NCBI GenBank assembly: GCA_963677435.1
Contig: OY781945.1
Span: forward strand, 1,344,001-1,408,000
Direction: 5' to 3'
Length of the DNA stretch: 64,000 bases
Source of the DNA: an uncultured Aliarcobacter sp.
Lineage (GTDB): Bacteria > Campylobacterota > Campylobacteria > Campylobacterales > Arcobacteraceae
Every line of letters begins with the position of its first letter. The stretch's first letter is position 1. The notes beneath the pieces are model-generated. The model did no database searches. It was not told where the DNA came from and worked only from the letters and a program-made list of their open reading frames with translations. Shown here one piece after another: positions 10,230 to 22,567 of this stretch. The translations under genes were made by a program, and so were the position numbers.

Positions 10230-10450
10230 TATATGTTGTTCTCCATTATGTTAGTTGTTCAAAAATTTGTTTAAATAAATTTTTGACAGTCATTATATGT
10301 AATTTTTCATAAAAATTGTGAATAAATAGTTAAAAGTAAACAATATATTAATATTAATTAACAAATTTACAAAAAAGCCAAAGAAAGTATAGTAAAAGGA
10401 GAGAGAGAAGATGAATCCTAAAATTTAAGCTAAATTTTAGGTATAAGCTC

Positions 10451-10479
10451 TTGACAAAGAGGAAAGAATCTATTATAAT
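10451..10479 (+). promoter_or_regulatory. rRNA operon sigma70 promoter
   Basis: TTGACA (10451-56), 17-nt spacer, TATAAT (10474-79), then a GC-rich discriminator. Confidence 0.9.
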
Positions 10480-10546
10480 TCCCGTCCAATTTGACTGAAG
10501 CACATCAAACGAGAGAATGATAGGAAGCGTTGAAATCGAAGCTGGA

Positions 10547-10558
10547 TGATCTTTAAAA
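10547..10558 (+). promoter_or_regulatory. rrn leader boxA-like antiterminator
   Basis: TGATCTTTAAAA resembles boxA; a second copy TGATATTTAAAA lies in the ITS at 12706-12717. Confidence 0.6.
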
Positions 10559-10770
10559 ATAATTATAACGTTTGTAAAGTAATCTTTATAAACCGAATAT
10601 GAGACTCTTATAAAAATCTGTTATTTATTACAGATGTAAAATAAGAATAAATGTTAAAAATATAAAAACAAACAAGAACAATATGGTAAAACATATAACT
10701 TGTCTATACTATGAGTGATAATTTTGTAATAGTAAAATAATACAGAATAAGTCAAGTTCAAAAACTTCAA

Positions 10771-12287
<1,517 letters not shown>

Positions 12288-12383
12288 CAGAGAATTGAGA
12301 CTAGATTCGTTTCTAGTTTCAAAACTAAAAAGAAAGAGTTTTTATATTCGGTTTATAAAGATTATTTAAATAGGTAGAAAAAT

Positions 12384-12460
12384 GGGCCTATAGCTCAGCT
12401 GGCTAGAGCGCTCGACTGATAATCGTGAGGTCCCAGGTTCAAGTCCTGGTAGGCCCACCA
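12384..12460 (+). tRNA. tRNA-Ile (GAT)
   Basis: Cloverleaf GGGCCTA...TAGGCCC-ACCA, anticodon loop CTGATAA. Confidence 0.97.
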
Positions 12461-12527
12461 TTAAATAATCTATAAAGATTAATCATCGGGTCCTAAAAAA
12501 ATGCAATTTTTTTGGGTAGATCAGTGT

Positions 12528-12603
12528 GGGGAATTAGCTCAGCTGGGAGAGCGCCTGCTTTGCACGCAGGAGGTCAGCGGTTCGATCCCGCTATTCTCCA
12601 CCA
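12528..12603 (+). tRNA. tRNA-Ala (TGC)
   Basis: GGGGAAT...ATTCTCC-ACCA with G3.U70, anticodon loop TTTGCAC. Confidence 0.97.
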
Positions 12604-12950
12604 CCTATTAAAAATAAGCTAAAATTTATAATTAGAAGAAATGATAAACAAGATTAAATATAAGTTCAAAAAGAATTGAATTTATATTTGATTTTCGAAT
12701 CAAAATGATATTTAAAAATATAATGTTAAAGTCTTTAATTTTTTCGTTTAATTAAAAGAACTAAAAGAATTTATTCTAATAGAACTAATAATTAAAAACA
12801 AAAATTTTAATTATCTAGAAATAGATAGAACACAACTTTTTTATAAGATATATAGAGTTAGTTAATTAGATTTAATTAATAAAGTATGTTTAATAAGATA
12901 GTAGCCAAAGAATATTATCAAAAATGCGACAGAATTTAATTCTGTTTATT

Positions 12951-15860
<2,910 letters not shown>

Positions 15861-16037
15861 TAACAAATTCTTTGGTTTACTATCTTATTAAATATATTGA
15901 TTATATGTTTAATATAAATGTGTGATTTTTAGAAAGAACAAAAAGACTTTAACATTATTTTTTTCTTAACTCCTAAACGAGTTGAGTGTAAAGTGTATTT
16001 ACATATTTATTTATGTTTTTACTTTTTACACTCAACT

Positions 16038-16155
16038 TTGCTGGTGGCTATAGAGAAGTGGAAATACCCAGTCCCATTCCGAACCTGGAAGTCAAGCACT
16101 TCATCGCCGATAATACTGCCGGGTCCCCTGGTGGAAACGTAGGCCGCTGCCAGCT
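16038..16155 (+). rRNA. rrf: 5S ribosomal RNA (ends approximate)
   Basis: GCTGGTGGC...CCCATTCCGAAC...GCTGCCAGC. Confidence 0.96.
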
Positions 16156-16171
16156 CTTGAGTTTTTTACAC

Positions 16172-16223
16172 AAGCTTTTAACTATTCGAACTTCTTGTTC
16201 CTCTAGTTAAAAGCTTTTTTTTT
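16172..16223 (+). terminator. rRNA operon terminator
   Basis: AAGCTTTTAACTA...TAGTTAAAAGCTT stem followed by a T-run. Confidence 0.75.
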
Positions 16224-16360
16224 AGCCCGCTTTTTAGCCAAAATATGTTTTACTTATTGCATTTGTATTTAGTTTCTTTTTCTGGCTATAATTGATTTAC
16301 TTGGCTTTTATCCTTTTATATTAACTATATCTCTTAGTTAGCCAATACATTATTCTTTTT

Positions 16361-16436
16361 GCTTGCATAGCTCCAACGGTAGAGCAATTCCATGGTAAGG
16401 AAGAGGTTACAGGTTCGATTCCTGTTGTGAGCTCCA
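16361..16436 (+). tRNA. tRNA-Thr (GGT), somewhat atypical
   Basis: 76-nt cloverleaf: acceptor GCTTGCA/TGTGAGC, anticodon loop ATGGTAA, T-arm ACAGG-TTCGATT-CCTGT, CCA end; TATAAT upstream at 16287-92. Confidence 0.88.
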
Positions 16437-16570
16437 CGTCTTTGTTCTTTTATATCTTTATTCACTTTAATCTTATTTTTCCTCTTTTTTACAGTAATTT
16501 TAGTACTTTTCAAATTATTTTTTATTTTGTTTTTGTATAATAAAAACTTAATTTTTAAAAAGGATTTTAG

Positions 16571-17017
16571 TTGGAAAAACTATATTACAGTTATGATTTA
16601 TTCAAAAAAGATACTCAAGTATTAGTTGATAAATGCAGGGATTTTGAACCTGAAATTTTACTTGCAGTTGCACGTGGTGGATTAACACTTTCTCATTTAA
16701 TGGCACAAGCATTAGATATGAGAAATTTATATACATTAAATTCTATTCATTATGAAGGTGAATTAAAACTAGATACTTTTAATATTTTTAATATTCCTGA
16801 TGTTTCTCATGCAAAAAAAGTTTTGATTGTTGATGATATTGTTGATTCAGGAGAAACTATGAGAGAAATTTTAAAAGTTTTAAAAGAGAAATTTCCAAGT
16901 GTAGAGTTTAAACTAGCTACTTTATTTTACAAAAATACAGCTGTAATAAAACCAGATTTTAGTGTTAGAGAAGCAAATGAGTGGATTGATTTCTTTTGGG
17001 AAGTTGATGTTAAATAG
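16571..17017 (+). CDS. Type I phosphoribosyltransferase (purine PRTase-like)
   Basis: AVARGG and VLIVDDIVDSGET PRPP loop; TTG start with AAGGA RBS. Confidence 0.88.
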   Translation: MEKLYYSYDLFKKDTQVLVDKCRDFEPEILLAVARGGLTLSHLMAQALDMRNLYTLNSIHYEGELKLDTFNIFNIPDVSHAKKVLIVDDIVDSGETMREILKVLKEKFPSVEFKLATLFYKNTAVIKPDFSVREANEWIDFFWEVDVK

Positions 17018-17063
17018 ATAATTATTTATGTATAATGAAAAAAACTAACAATAGGCTTACATT

Positions 17064-17342
17064 ATGACTTTTATTGATTTTAAGAAATTACTTTTAGATG
17101 CTGAACTTACGATTCCTAAATTTACAGAACTTATAAAAGTTAGTGAAAAAAATATTCAAGCTTATAAAAAGAAAAAAGAAGTACCAAATACAATTGCTTC
17201 AATTGCTGCTTGTTTTGCTACTATGAATCAAAAGGGAATGGATTTCAAGAAACTAATTAGTGACTTGAATTTAGAAAAAAAAGAGAAAAAAGGTGCTGGA
17301 TTTTCTAAAAAAAAATCTCTTAAAGAAAAATCAAAAAAATAA
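17064..17342 (+). CDS. Small basic protein, possible Cro/XRE-like HTH with Lys-rich tail
   Basis: Helical N-terminus (LTIPKFTELIKVSEKNIQAY...VP), very Lys-rich C-terminus. Confidence 0.55.
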   Translation: MTFIDFKKLLLDAELTIPKFTELIKVSEKNIQAYKKKKEVPNTIASIAACFATMNQKGMDFKKLISDLNLEKKEKKGAGFSKKKSLKEKSKK

Positions 17343-17386
17343 AGCTTAATTAGATATACTTTCCCAAATTTAAATTGGGGAAATAT

Positions 17387-17773
17387 ATGTTATTAAATAA
17401 TAAAAATAAAACTTTTCTTGCAATAGCTTCTTTTATGATGGCTTTAGGTATTGCTTTTGGTGCTTTTGGTGCCCATGCTTTAAAAACTGTTCTTGATGAA
17501 TATATGCTAAAAATTTATAATACGGGTGTTCAATACCATTTTTATAATACTTTAGGACTTTTTACTGCTTCTTTTATATATGCTTTAAAAGCAGAATCAA
17601 AAAAAATATATATATCTTTATGGCTTATAATTATAGGTATGTGTATATTCTCTTTTTCATTATATTTTTTAGCTATCTTATCAATGCCAATTTTAGGGGC
17701 AATTACTCCAATTGGTGGAACTATGCTTATTGTTGCTTGGCTTTTATTAACTTATGGGATATTAAAGGATTAA
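17387..17773 (+). CDS. DUF423 (YgdD/TMEM256) membrane protein
   Basis: GAFGAHAL, FSFSLY and GAITPIGG motifs; ATG 17387 follows a GGGGA RBS. Confidence 0.88.
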   Translation: MLLNNKNKTFLAIASFMMALGIAFGAFGAHALKTVLDEYMLKIYNTGVQYHFYNTLGLFTASFIYALKAESKKIYISLWLIIIGMCIFSFSLYFLAILSMPILGAITPIGGTMLIVAWLLLTYGILKD

Positions 17774-17777
17774 ATTT

Positions 17778-18581
17778 ATGACTGCAATGGAAAAAATTGA
17801 ATATATTAGAGATTCTCGATGGTTTTCTAATTTAACTACAATTATTATTATTGCCTACGCTTCTATTTTAGGGTTTAAAACTTTAGAAGATGTTGATACA
17901 AATTATGATTTGTTTTTAAGATTTGCAGATTATTTTGTAACAATTTATTTTGTTTTTGAATTAGCAATTAAAATGGTTGCTGAAAAAAAGTTTCTGAATT
18001 TTTTTAAATCAGGTTGGAATATTTTTGATTTTATAATCGTTTTTATAACACTTTTACCACTTGAATCATCAAGTTATGCAGCAATTGCAAGACTTATGAG
18101 GGTATTTAGAGTTTTAAGATTATTTACAGCACGACCTGAATTAAAAGCAATTATTGATATGCTTATAAAAGCAATTCCAGCAATTATTGATATTGTTATA
18201 TTGATGTTTATAATTTTTTATATCTATGCAATTGTTGGGAATTTCTTTTTTGTTGATTTAGCATCTGGACTTTGGAAAGATTTTTTAATTTCAATGTTAA
18301 CACTATTTAGAATTTTAACATTTGAAGATTGGACAGATGTAATGTATGAAGCTATGGAGGTTTATCCTTGGGCTTGGATATATTTTGTTTCATTTATTAT
18401 TATTGCAGCCTTTGTATTTTTTAATCTTTTTGTTGCAGTTATTATTGGTGAAATGCAAAAACTTCAAGAGGCTGATATGAAAGAAGAAATTCATGAAGAT
18501 AGTAAAAAATTAGATATTTTATTAAGTGAGATGAAAAGCTTAAGGGAAGAAATCTATTTATTAAAAAAAGAATATAAATGA
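17778..18581 (+). CDS. 6-TM voltage-gated cation channel (BacNav superfamily)
   Basis: WNIFDF in S3, S4 ARLMRVFRVLRL, pore motif TFEDWTD, S6 NLFVAVI, coiled-coil C-terminus. Confidence 0.92.
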   Translation: MTAMEKIEYIRDSRWFSNLTTIIIIAYASILGFKTLEDVDTNYDLFLRFADYFVTIYFVFELAIKMVAEKKFLNFFKSGWNIFDFIIVFITLLPLESSSYAAIARLMRVFRVLRLFTARPELKAIIDMLIKAIPAIIDIVILMFIIFYIYAIVGNFFFVDLASGLWKDFLISMLTLFRILTFEDWTDVMYEAMEVYPWAWIYFVSFIIIAAFVFFNLFVAVIIGEMQKLQEADMKEEIHEDSKKLDILLSEMKSLREEIYLLKKEYK

Positions 18582-19339
18582 AAAGATTTACAATTTTAGG
18601 AACTGGGTGGTTAGGTTTTGAACTTGCAAAAGTTTTGAAAAAGGATTATCTTATAAAAGTTTCATCTCGAAATGAAGAAAAAATTAAAATATATGAAAAA
18701 GAGGGATTATCTTCATACATTTTAAATGAAAATAATTTAAATTTTTTAGAGGAATTATTAGATACTGATTACCTTTTTATAAATTATCCTCCTTCAAAAT
18801 TTGATGATTATTTAGGTTTTTTAAATAAAATTTACAAGCATGAAAATATTAAAAATATTGATAAAATTATATTTATTAGTTCAACTTCGATTTATCCAAA
18901 TATTGAAGGTAATTTTGATGAAAATTATTTAATAAATGATTCAAGTTCAAAAATTGTATTTGAAGCTGAAAAAGAAGCTCGAAATAACAGTGATGTAATT
19001 TTTAGAGTTTCAGGACTTGTAGGAGGAAGTAGGTATTTTGGTAAGAGATCTGCAAATAAAGTTGTTGAATTCCCACAAAGTGTCATAAATTTTGTTCACA
19101 GAAATGATGTTATTAATGCTACAAAATTTGTTATAGAAAAAAATGTAAATGGGATATTTAATCTTTGTTCAAAAGAACATCCCACAAAAAAAGAGATTTA
19201 TACTTTTAATTCAAAAAAATATGATTTTGAATTACCAATTTTTCTTGATAATGAATCTTTTTTAAATAGAGTAATTGATGGTTCAAAAATAGAAAAATTA
19301 GGATTTGAATATAAGTATAATAATGTATTTGAATTTTAA
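18578..19339 (+). CDS. NAD(P)-binding epimerase/dehydratase family protein (YeeZ-like)
   Basis: ILGTGWLG, FISSTSIY and NFVHRND motifs. Confidence 0.8.
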   Translation: MKRFTILGTGWLGFELAKVLKKDYLIKVSSRNEEKIKIYEKEGLSSYILNENNLNFLEELLDTDYLFINYPPSKFDDYLGFLNKIYKHENIKNIDKIIFISSTSIYPNIEGNFDENYLINDSSSKIVFEAEKEARNNSDVIFRVSGLVGGSRYFGKRSANKVVEFPQSVINFVHRNDVINATKFVIEKNVNGIFNLCSKEHPTKKEIYTFNSKKYDFELPIFLDNESFLNRVIDGSKIEKLGFEYKYNNVFEF

Positions 19340-19364
19340 AAGATTAGTTTTAAACTAATCTTTT
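19338..19364. terminator. Bidirectional intrinsic terminator
   Basis: AAAAGATTAGTTT-T-AAACTAATCTTTT between convergent genes. Confidence 0.75.
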
Positions 19365-19985
19365 TTAGTGAGTATTAAATGCTCTATCTCCAGCATCACC
19401 AAGACCTGGTCTAATATAATTATTTTCATCTAATCTTTCATCAATTTGTGCAATATAAATATCTACATCTGGATGTGCCTCTTGAACTTTTTGAACACCA
19501 AAAGGTGAACCTAAAACATTTAGGCAAATAATTCTTTTAGGATTTTTAGATTTCAAATAATCAATTCCATCAATTAAAGAACCACCCGTTGCTACCATTG
19601 GGTCTAATAATAAAACAGTTTTGTCTTCTAAGTTTGGGATATTTTCATAAAATAATTTACTCTGAGAAGTTTCTTCATCTCTTTTCATAGCTAAAAATCC
19701 ACTTCTTGCATATGGTAAAGTTTTTAAAATACCTGTTAACATTGGTTCACCAGCTCTTAAAATTGGTACTAATACTAATTTTTGAACTTCAATCATTTGA
19801 ACATCAAGTGGACCTTGCCAAGTGTTTATATTTTGTGAAACAGTTTCAAAATTATTTAAAGCTTCTAAGGCTATGATTCTTGAAATCTCTTCAATAGTTA
19901 ATCTAAACTCATTTGATGTTGTTCTTACATCTCTTAATCTATTAACAAGATGTTTTGCAACAACATTTGTACTTTCTCTATACAT
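19365..19985 (-). CDS. upp: Uracil phosphoribosyltransferase
   Basis: PILRAG, LLDPMVATGGS and YIRPGLGDAGDR motifs. Confidence 0.97.
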   Translation of the reverse strand: MYRESTNVVAKHLVNRLRDVRTTSNEFRLTIEEISRIIALEALNNFETVSQNINTWQGPLDVQMIEVQKLVLVPILRAGEPMLTGILKTLPYARSGFLAMKRDEETSQSKLFYENIPNLEDKTVLLLDPMVATGGSLIDGIDYLKSKNPKRIICLNVLGSPFGVQKVQEAHPDVDIYIAQIDERLDENNYIRPGLGDAGDRAFNTH

Positions 19986-20102
19986 AAGTAATCCTTTAAA
20001 AACTTTATATTACTCAAAAATTGCTTATAAATTATATATAAATTAAATTTAATTAACGGATTATTTTGATAATATTCATCAATAAAAAAATTAGAGGTAA
20101 TT

Positions 20103-21335
20103 ATGAAACCCACGGATTATAATTTTAGATTAAAAGATTCAATTTTAGGACTACAATTTTTATTTGTAGCCTTTGGTGCACTTGTTTTAGTGCCAATATT
20201 AACAGGACTTGATCCAAATGTAGCTTTGTTTACAGCAGGAATTGGTACTTTAGTTTTCCAATTTGTAAATAGATCTTGTGTTCCACCTATTTTTCTTGCA
20301 TCTTCATTTGCATTTATTGCTCCTATTTCTTATGGAGTTGCTACTTGGGGAATTCCTGCAACTATGTCAGGGCTTGTTGCTGCAGGATTTTTATATGTAG
20401 TTCTTAGTTTTTTAATTAGACTAAAAGGTGATAATTTTTTACATAAACTTCTTCCTTCAGTTGTAGTGGGACCTGTAATCATCTCTATTGGACTTATTTT
20501 ATCTCCAGTTGCAGTTAATATGGCAATAGGAAAAACAGGTGATGGTTCAGTTGTTTTAATACCATTTGATCAAGCAATTATTATTTCTATGGTTGCTTTG
20601 TTTATTACTATTTTAGTTTCGCTTCTTGGAAAAGGTATATTTAAATTAATACCAATTTTATTAGGTATTAGTGGTGGATATATTGTATCTTTATATTTTG
20701 GATTAGTTGATTTTTCAGGTATTGAAAAAGCTTCATGGTTTGCAATGCCAAATTTTGTTACACCTGAATTTAATTGGCAAGCTATTGTTTATATTTTACC
20801 AATTGCTATTGCTCCTGCAATTGAACATATTGGAGATATTTTAGCAATTTCAAATGTAACAAAACAAGATTATTTAAAAAAACCAGGTTTGAAAAATACA
20901 CTTTTAGGTGATGGTTTAGCAACTTCTGTAGCTTGTCTTTTTGGAGGACCTCCCAATACTACATATTCAGAAGTTACAGGTGCAGTTACTGTTACAAAAG
21001 CTTATAATCCAGCTATTATGACTTGGGCTGCAATTTGTGCTATTTTATTAGCATTTGTTGGAAAATTAGGAGCTATTCTTGCAACTATTCCAGTACCAGT
21101 TATGGGTGGAATTATGTTGTTACTTTTTGGAATTATTGCGACATTAGGAATTAGTACTTTATCAAGAGCAAATATTGATTTTTCTTGTCCTAGAAATATG
21201 GCTATTGTTTCTATGATTTTAGTATTTTCTATTGGTGGTATGACATTTAATTTTGGTGGTGTTCCTTTTGCTGGTATTGGACTTGGTGCAATTGTTGGGA
21301 TTATTTTAAATCTTGTTTTACCAAAAGCTTTATAA
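20103..21335 (+). CDS. uraA: Uracil permease (NCS2 family)
   Basis: FLASSFAFI, EHIGD and GGPPNTTYSE motifs; divergent from upp. Confidence 0.92.
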   Translation: MKPTDYNFRLKDSILGLQFLFVAFGALVLVPILTGLDPNVALFTAGIGTLVFQFVNRSCVPPIFLASSFAFIAPISYGVATWGIPATMSGLVAAGFLYVVLSFLIRLKGDNFLHKLLPSVVVGPVIISIGLILSPVAVNMAIGKTGDGSVVLIPFDQAIIISMVALFITILVSLLGKGIFKLIPILLGISGGYIVSLYFGLVDFSGIEKASWFAMPNFVTPEFNWQAIVYILPIAIAPAIEHIGDILAISNVTKQDYLKKPGLKNTLLGDGLATSVACLFGGPPNTTYSEVTGAVTVTKAYNPAIMTWAAICAILLAFVGKLGAILATIPVPVMGGIMLLLFGIIATLGISTLSRANIDFSCPRNMAIVSMILVFSIGGMTFNFGGVPFAGIGLGAIVGIILNLVLPKAL

Positions 21336-21391
21336 AAAAATGTTAAAATCTAAGAAATCAATAAAATAATTAATTTTAAAAGGATAAAGCA

Positions 21392-21892
21392 ATGGCAGTA
21401 AAAGAACATCAATTTGACATCTCTGCAAAATTAGATATGCAAGAGATGAAAAATGCAGTTATTCAATCACAAAAAGAGATTGATACTAGATATGATTTTA
21501 AAGGTATTTCAAAAGAGTTAGACTTAAATGTAGGAGCTAAAACTTTAACATTAATCTCTTCAAGTGATAATAAAATTGATGCAATGAGAGATATTTTAAT
21601 TTCTAAAATGAATAAAAGAGGAATATCAATAAACTCACTTGAAGAGTTAAAAAAAGAGGATTCAAGTGGTGGAAATAGAAAATATTCATACAAAATTATT
21701 GATAGTATTGAAAAAGATGAAGCAAAAAGAATTCAAACAGAAATAAAAAATCTAAAATTAAAAGTAAGTGCTGTTAATCAAGGTGATGAGATTAGAGTAA
21801 CTGGAAAAAATATCGATGATTTACAAACTATCATGAAACATTTAAAATCACTTGATTTTAAAGCTCCTTTAGTATTTGATAATTTTAGATAA
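21392..21892 (+). CDS. yajQ: YajQ family nucleotide-binding protein
   Basis: FDIS, RYDFKG, QGDEIRVTGK...DDLQ and C-terminal FDNFR motifs. Confidence 0.93.
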   Translation: MAVKEHQFDISAKLDMQEMKNAVIQSQKEIDTRYDFKGISKELDLNVGAKTLTLISSSDNKIDAMRDILISKMNKRGISINSLEELKKEDSSGGNRKYSYKIIDSIEKDEAKRIQTEIKNLKLKVSAVNQGDEIRVTGKNIDDLQTIMKHLKSLDFKAPLVFDNFR

Positions 21893-21973
21893 ATGGAATT
21901 TTAACCTTTGAATTAAGAAAATAATTATTTAGAATATAATATTATGTTCAAATAATTATTTTAAAGGTTTATA

Positions 21974-22564
21974 ATGGATACATCAACAATTCTTTGGATT
22001 TTAATTCCACTACTTCTATTATACGTAATTTATATCTACAATAATCTTGTTTCTTTAAATGCAAAACAAAAAAACTTCTTTTCACAAATAGATATACAAT
22101 TAAAAAGAAGATATGACTTAATTCCTAATTTAGTTGAAACTGCAAAAAAATATATGCAACATGAAGAAGAAACTTTAACTAAAGTAATAGAAGCTAGAAA
22201 TATTGCTAAAAATTCTTTGGCAGAAGTTCAAAAGAATTTCAACTCACAAAATATAAAAAATTTAGTTGAAAAAGAGAATGGTTTTGTAAGTGCTTTAAGT
22301 GGTTTATCTTTTGTTATGGAAGATTATCCAGAGTTAAAAGCAGATTCTATTATAAAAAATCTACAAGAAGAGTTATCTTCAACTGAAAATAAAATTGCTT
22401 TTGCAAGACAAGCTTATAACGATAGTGTTATGAGATATAACATTTTTAGACAATCTTTTCCTAATAATATATTTTCAAATATCTTTGGACATAGTATAGA
22501 TGCAAATTTATTACAATTTGAAGATACAAATGAAATAAGAAAATCTGTAAAAGTTTCATTTTAA
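21974..22564 (+). CDS. lemA: LemA family protein
   Basis: IDIQLKRRYDLIPNLVET, YPELKA and ENKIAFARQAYND motifs. Confidence 0.93.
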   Translation: MDTSTILWILIPLLLLYVIYIYNNLVSLNAKQKNFFSQIDIQLKRRYDLIPNLVETAKKYMQHEEETLTKVIEARNIAKNSLAEVQKNFNSQNIKNLVEKENGFVSALSGLSFVMEDYPELKADSIIKNLQEELSSTENKIAFARQAYNDSVMRYNIFRQSFPNNIFSNIFGHSIDANLLQFEDTNEIRKSVKVSF

Positions 22565-22567
22565 AAG

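Noticed and set aside
16436..17342. Integrated element at the tRNA-Thr 3' end
   Set aside because: No integrase and no repeated tRNA 3' end seen in the window; downstream genes look chromosomal
20066..20082. FNR-like TTGAT...ATCAA upstream of uraA
   Set aside because: The spacer is 7 nt rather than 4, and it overlaps a likely -10 box
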